Origin: Malacoraja senta
Taxonomy: Eukaryota
Length of the DNA stretch: 20,000 nucleotides
NCBI GenBank assembly: GCA_038087875.1
Contig: JAXLNO010000382.1
Location: 45,899-65,898 of the forward strand
Direction of reading: 5' to 3'
The notes below the pieces were generated by a model, which saw only the letters and a program-made list of their open reading frames with translations, did no database searches and had not been told where the DNA came from. Below, one piece after another: positions 19,299-20,000 of the stretch. Positions within the stretch are counted from its first letter, which is position 1; every line of letters begins with the position of its first letter. The position numbers and the translations under genes were made by a program.

Positions 19299-20000
19299 TC
19301 GGAAGTGGCGGCGCTGTCGTACAGCAGCGGCTCGCCTGCAGTCCGTCTGTCTTTACTTTTTTTGTTGTTTTCTTTTGTCCTGTTTTAGTTAAATTTTAGT
19401 TTATTGGGTTGTGTATGTGTGGGGTGGGGGGGTGAAACATGACTTTTGTCTCTTCCTTCGGGGAATGCGACTTTTTCTTGTCGTATCCCCCTTCTCTGCC
19501 TCCGTCTGCGCTGAGGCCTAATGGCGGAGCTGCCGGCCTCCAACTCCAACTGCGAGCGACCGACCGACCTCGAGGCTCCGGAGGCAGAGCCAGGACTTAC
19601 CAGCGCGGGGCTGGCCTGCTTCGGGGCTGCGGTGGCGTTCCGGCGGTGGCGACCAAAGACACTGGTGGCGACCTGAATCCGGAGGCTCGGCCGCAGCTGG
19701 CCCAGTGGACGACATCTTCGGGAGCGCGCAGGTCACAGGTTGGTGACCTGTTTTTCTGGGGCTCCCGCAACTACAGCTGCGTCCGCTGGACTGGAGGGCG
19801 GCAGCTTCGGCCACCCCGGGCCACGGAGTTTGAACCGGCCCGTCGCGGACGGAGCACGGATTCAGCCGCGGGATTGCCTTACTTACCATCACCCGGTGGG
19901 GTCACAACATCAGAAGCCTGGATCACCTCAGCGCAGAGGGAGAACAAGGAGGGAAGAGACAGAGACTTTAAGACTTTTGCCTCCATCACAGTGAGGAGGT
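19299..20000 (+). other. Unassigned CpG-rich non-coding segment, probably the 5' part of a repeat that interrupts the CR1 fragment
   Basis: Abrupt junction at 19299; begins cggaagtggcggcg; T-rich stretch then dense CpG at 19500-19900; no recognisable protein. Confidence 0.35.

Overview
Eukaryotic, almost entirely retrotransposon-derived DNA, most likely from a cartilaginous fish such as a skate or ray (inferred from HE1/V-SINE-type tRNA SINEs with CR1-like tails). No host gene is recognisable. The window is a nest of CR1 LINEs of several subfamilies, including a near-full-length decayed copy at 14372-18674 (ORF1 zinc finger + SGNH esterase; ORF2 APE + RT). It also holds a young 5'-truncated Rex1/Babar LINE (7675-10217), Rex1-type tails, about nine HE1-like SINEs and a Penelope-like GIY-YIG relic. 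Two signals stand out. (1) About a dozen 60-190 bp elements belong to a family carrying a minimal type-I hammerhead ribozyme (CUGAAGA-A-stemII-GAAAC-GUH); several have target-site duplications (TSDs), two form fold-back palindromes, and the copy at 10471-10508 (- strand) has an intact core. (2) An in-frame U_UUA_AAC slippery heptamer sits immediately before the CR1 ORF1 stop, and its -1 frame runs open into ORF2, suggesting programmed -1 frameshifting. All calls were made by eye without database searches; subfamily letters are my own labels.
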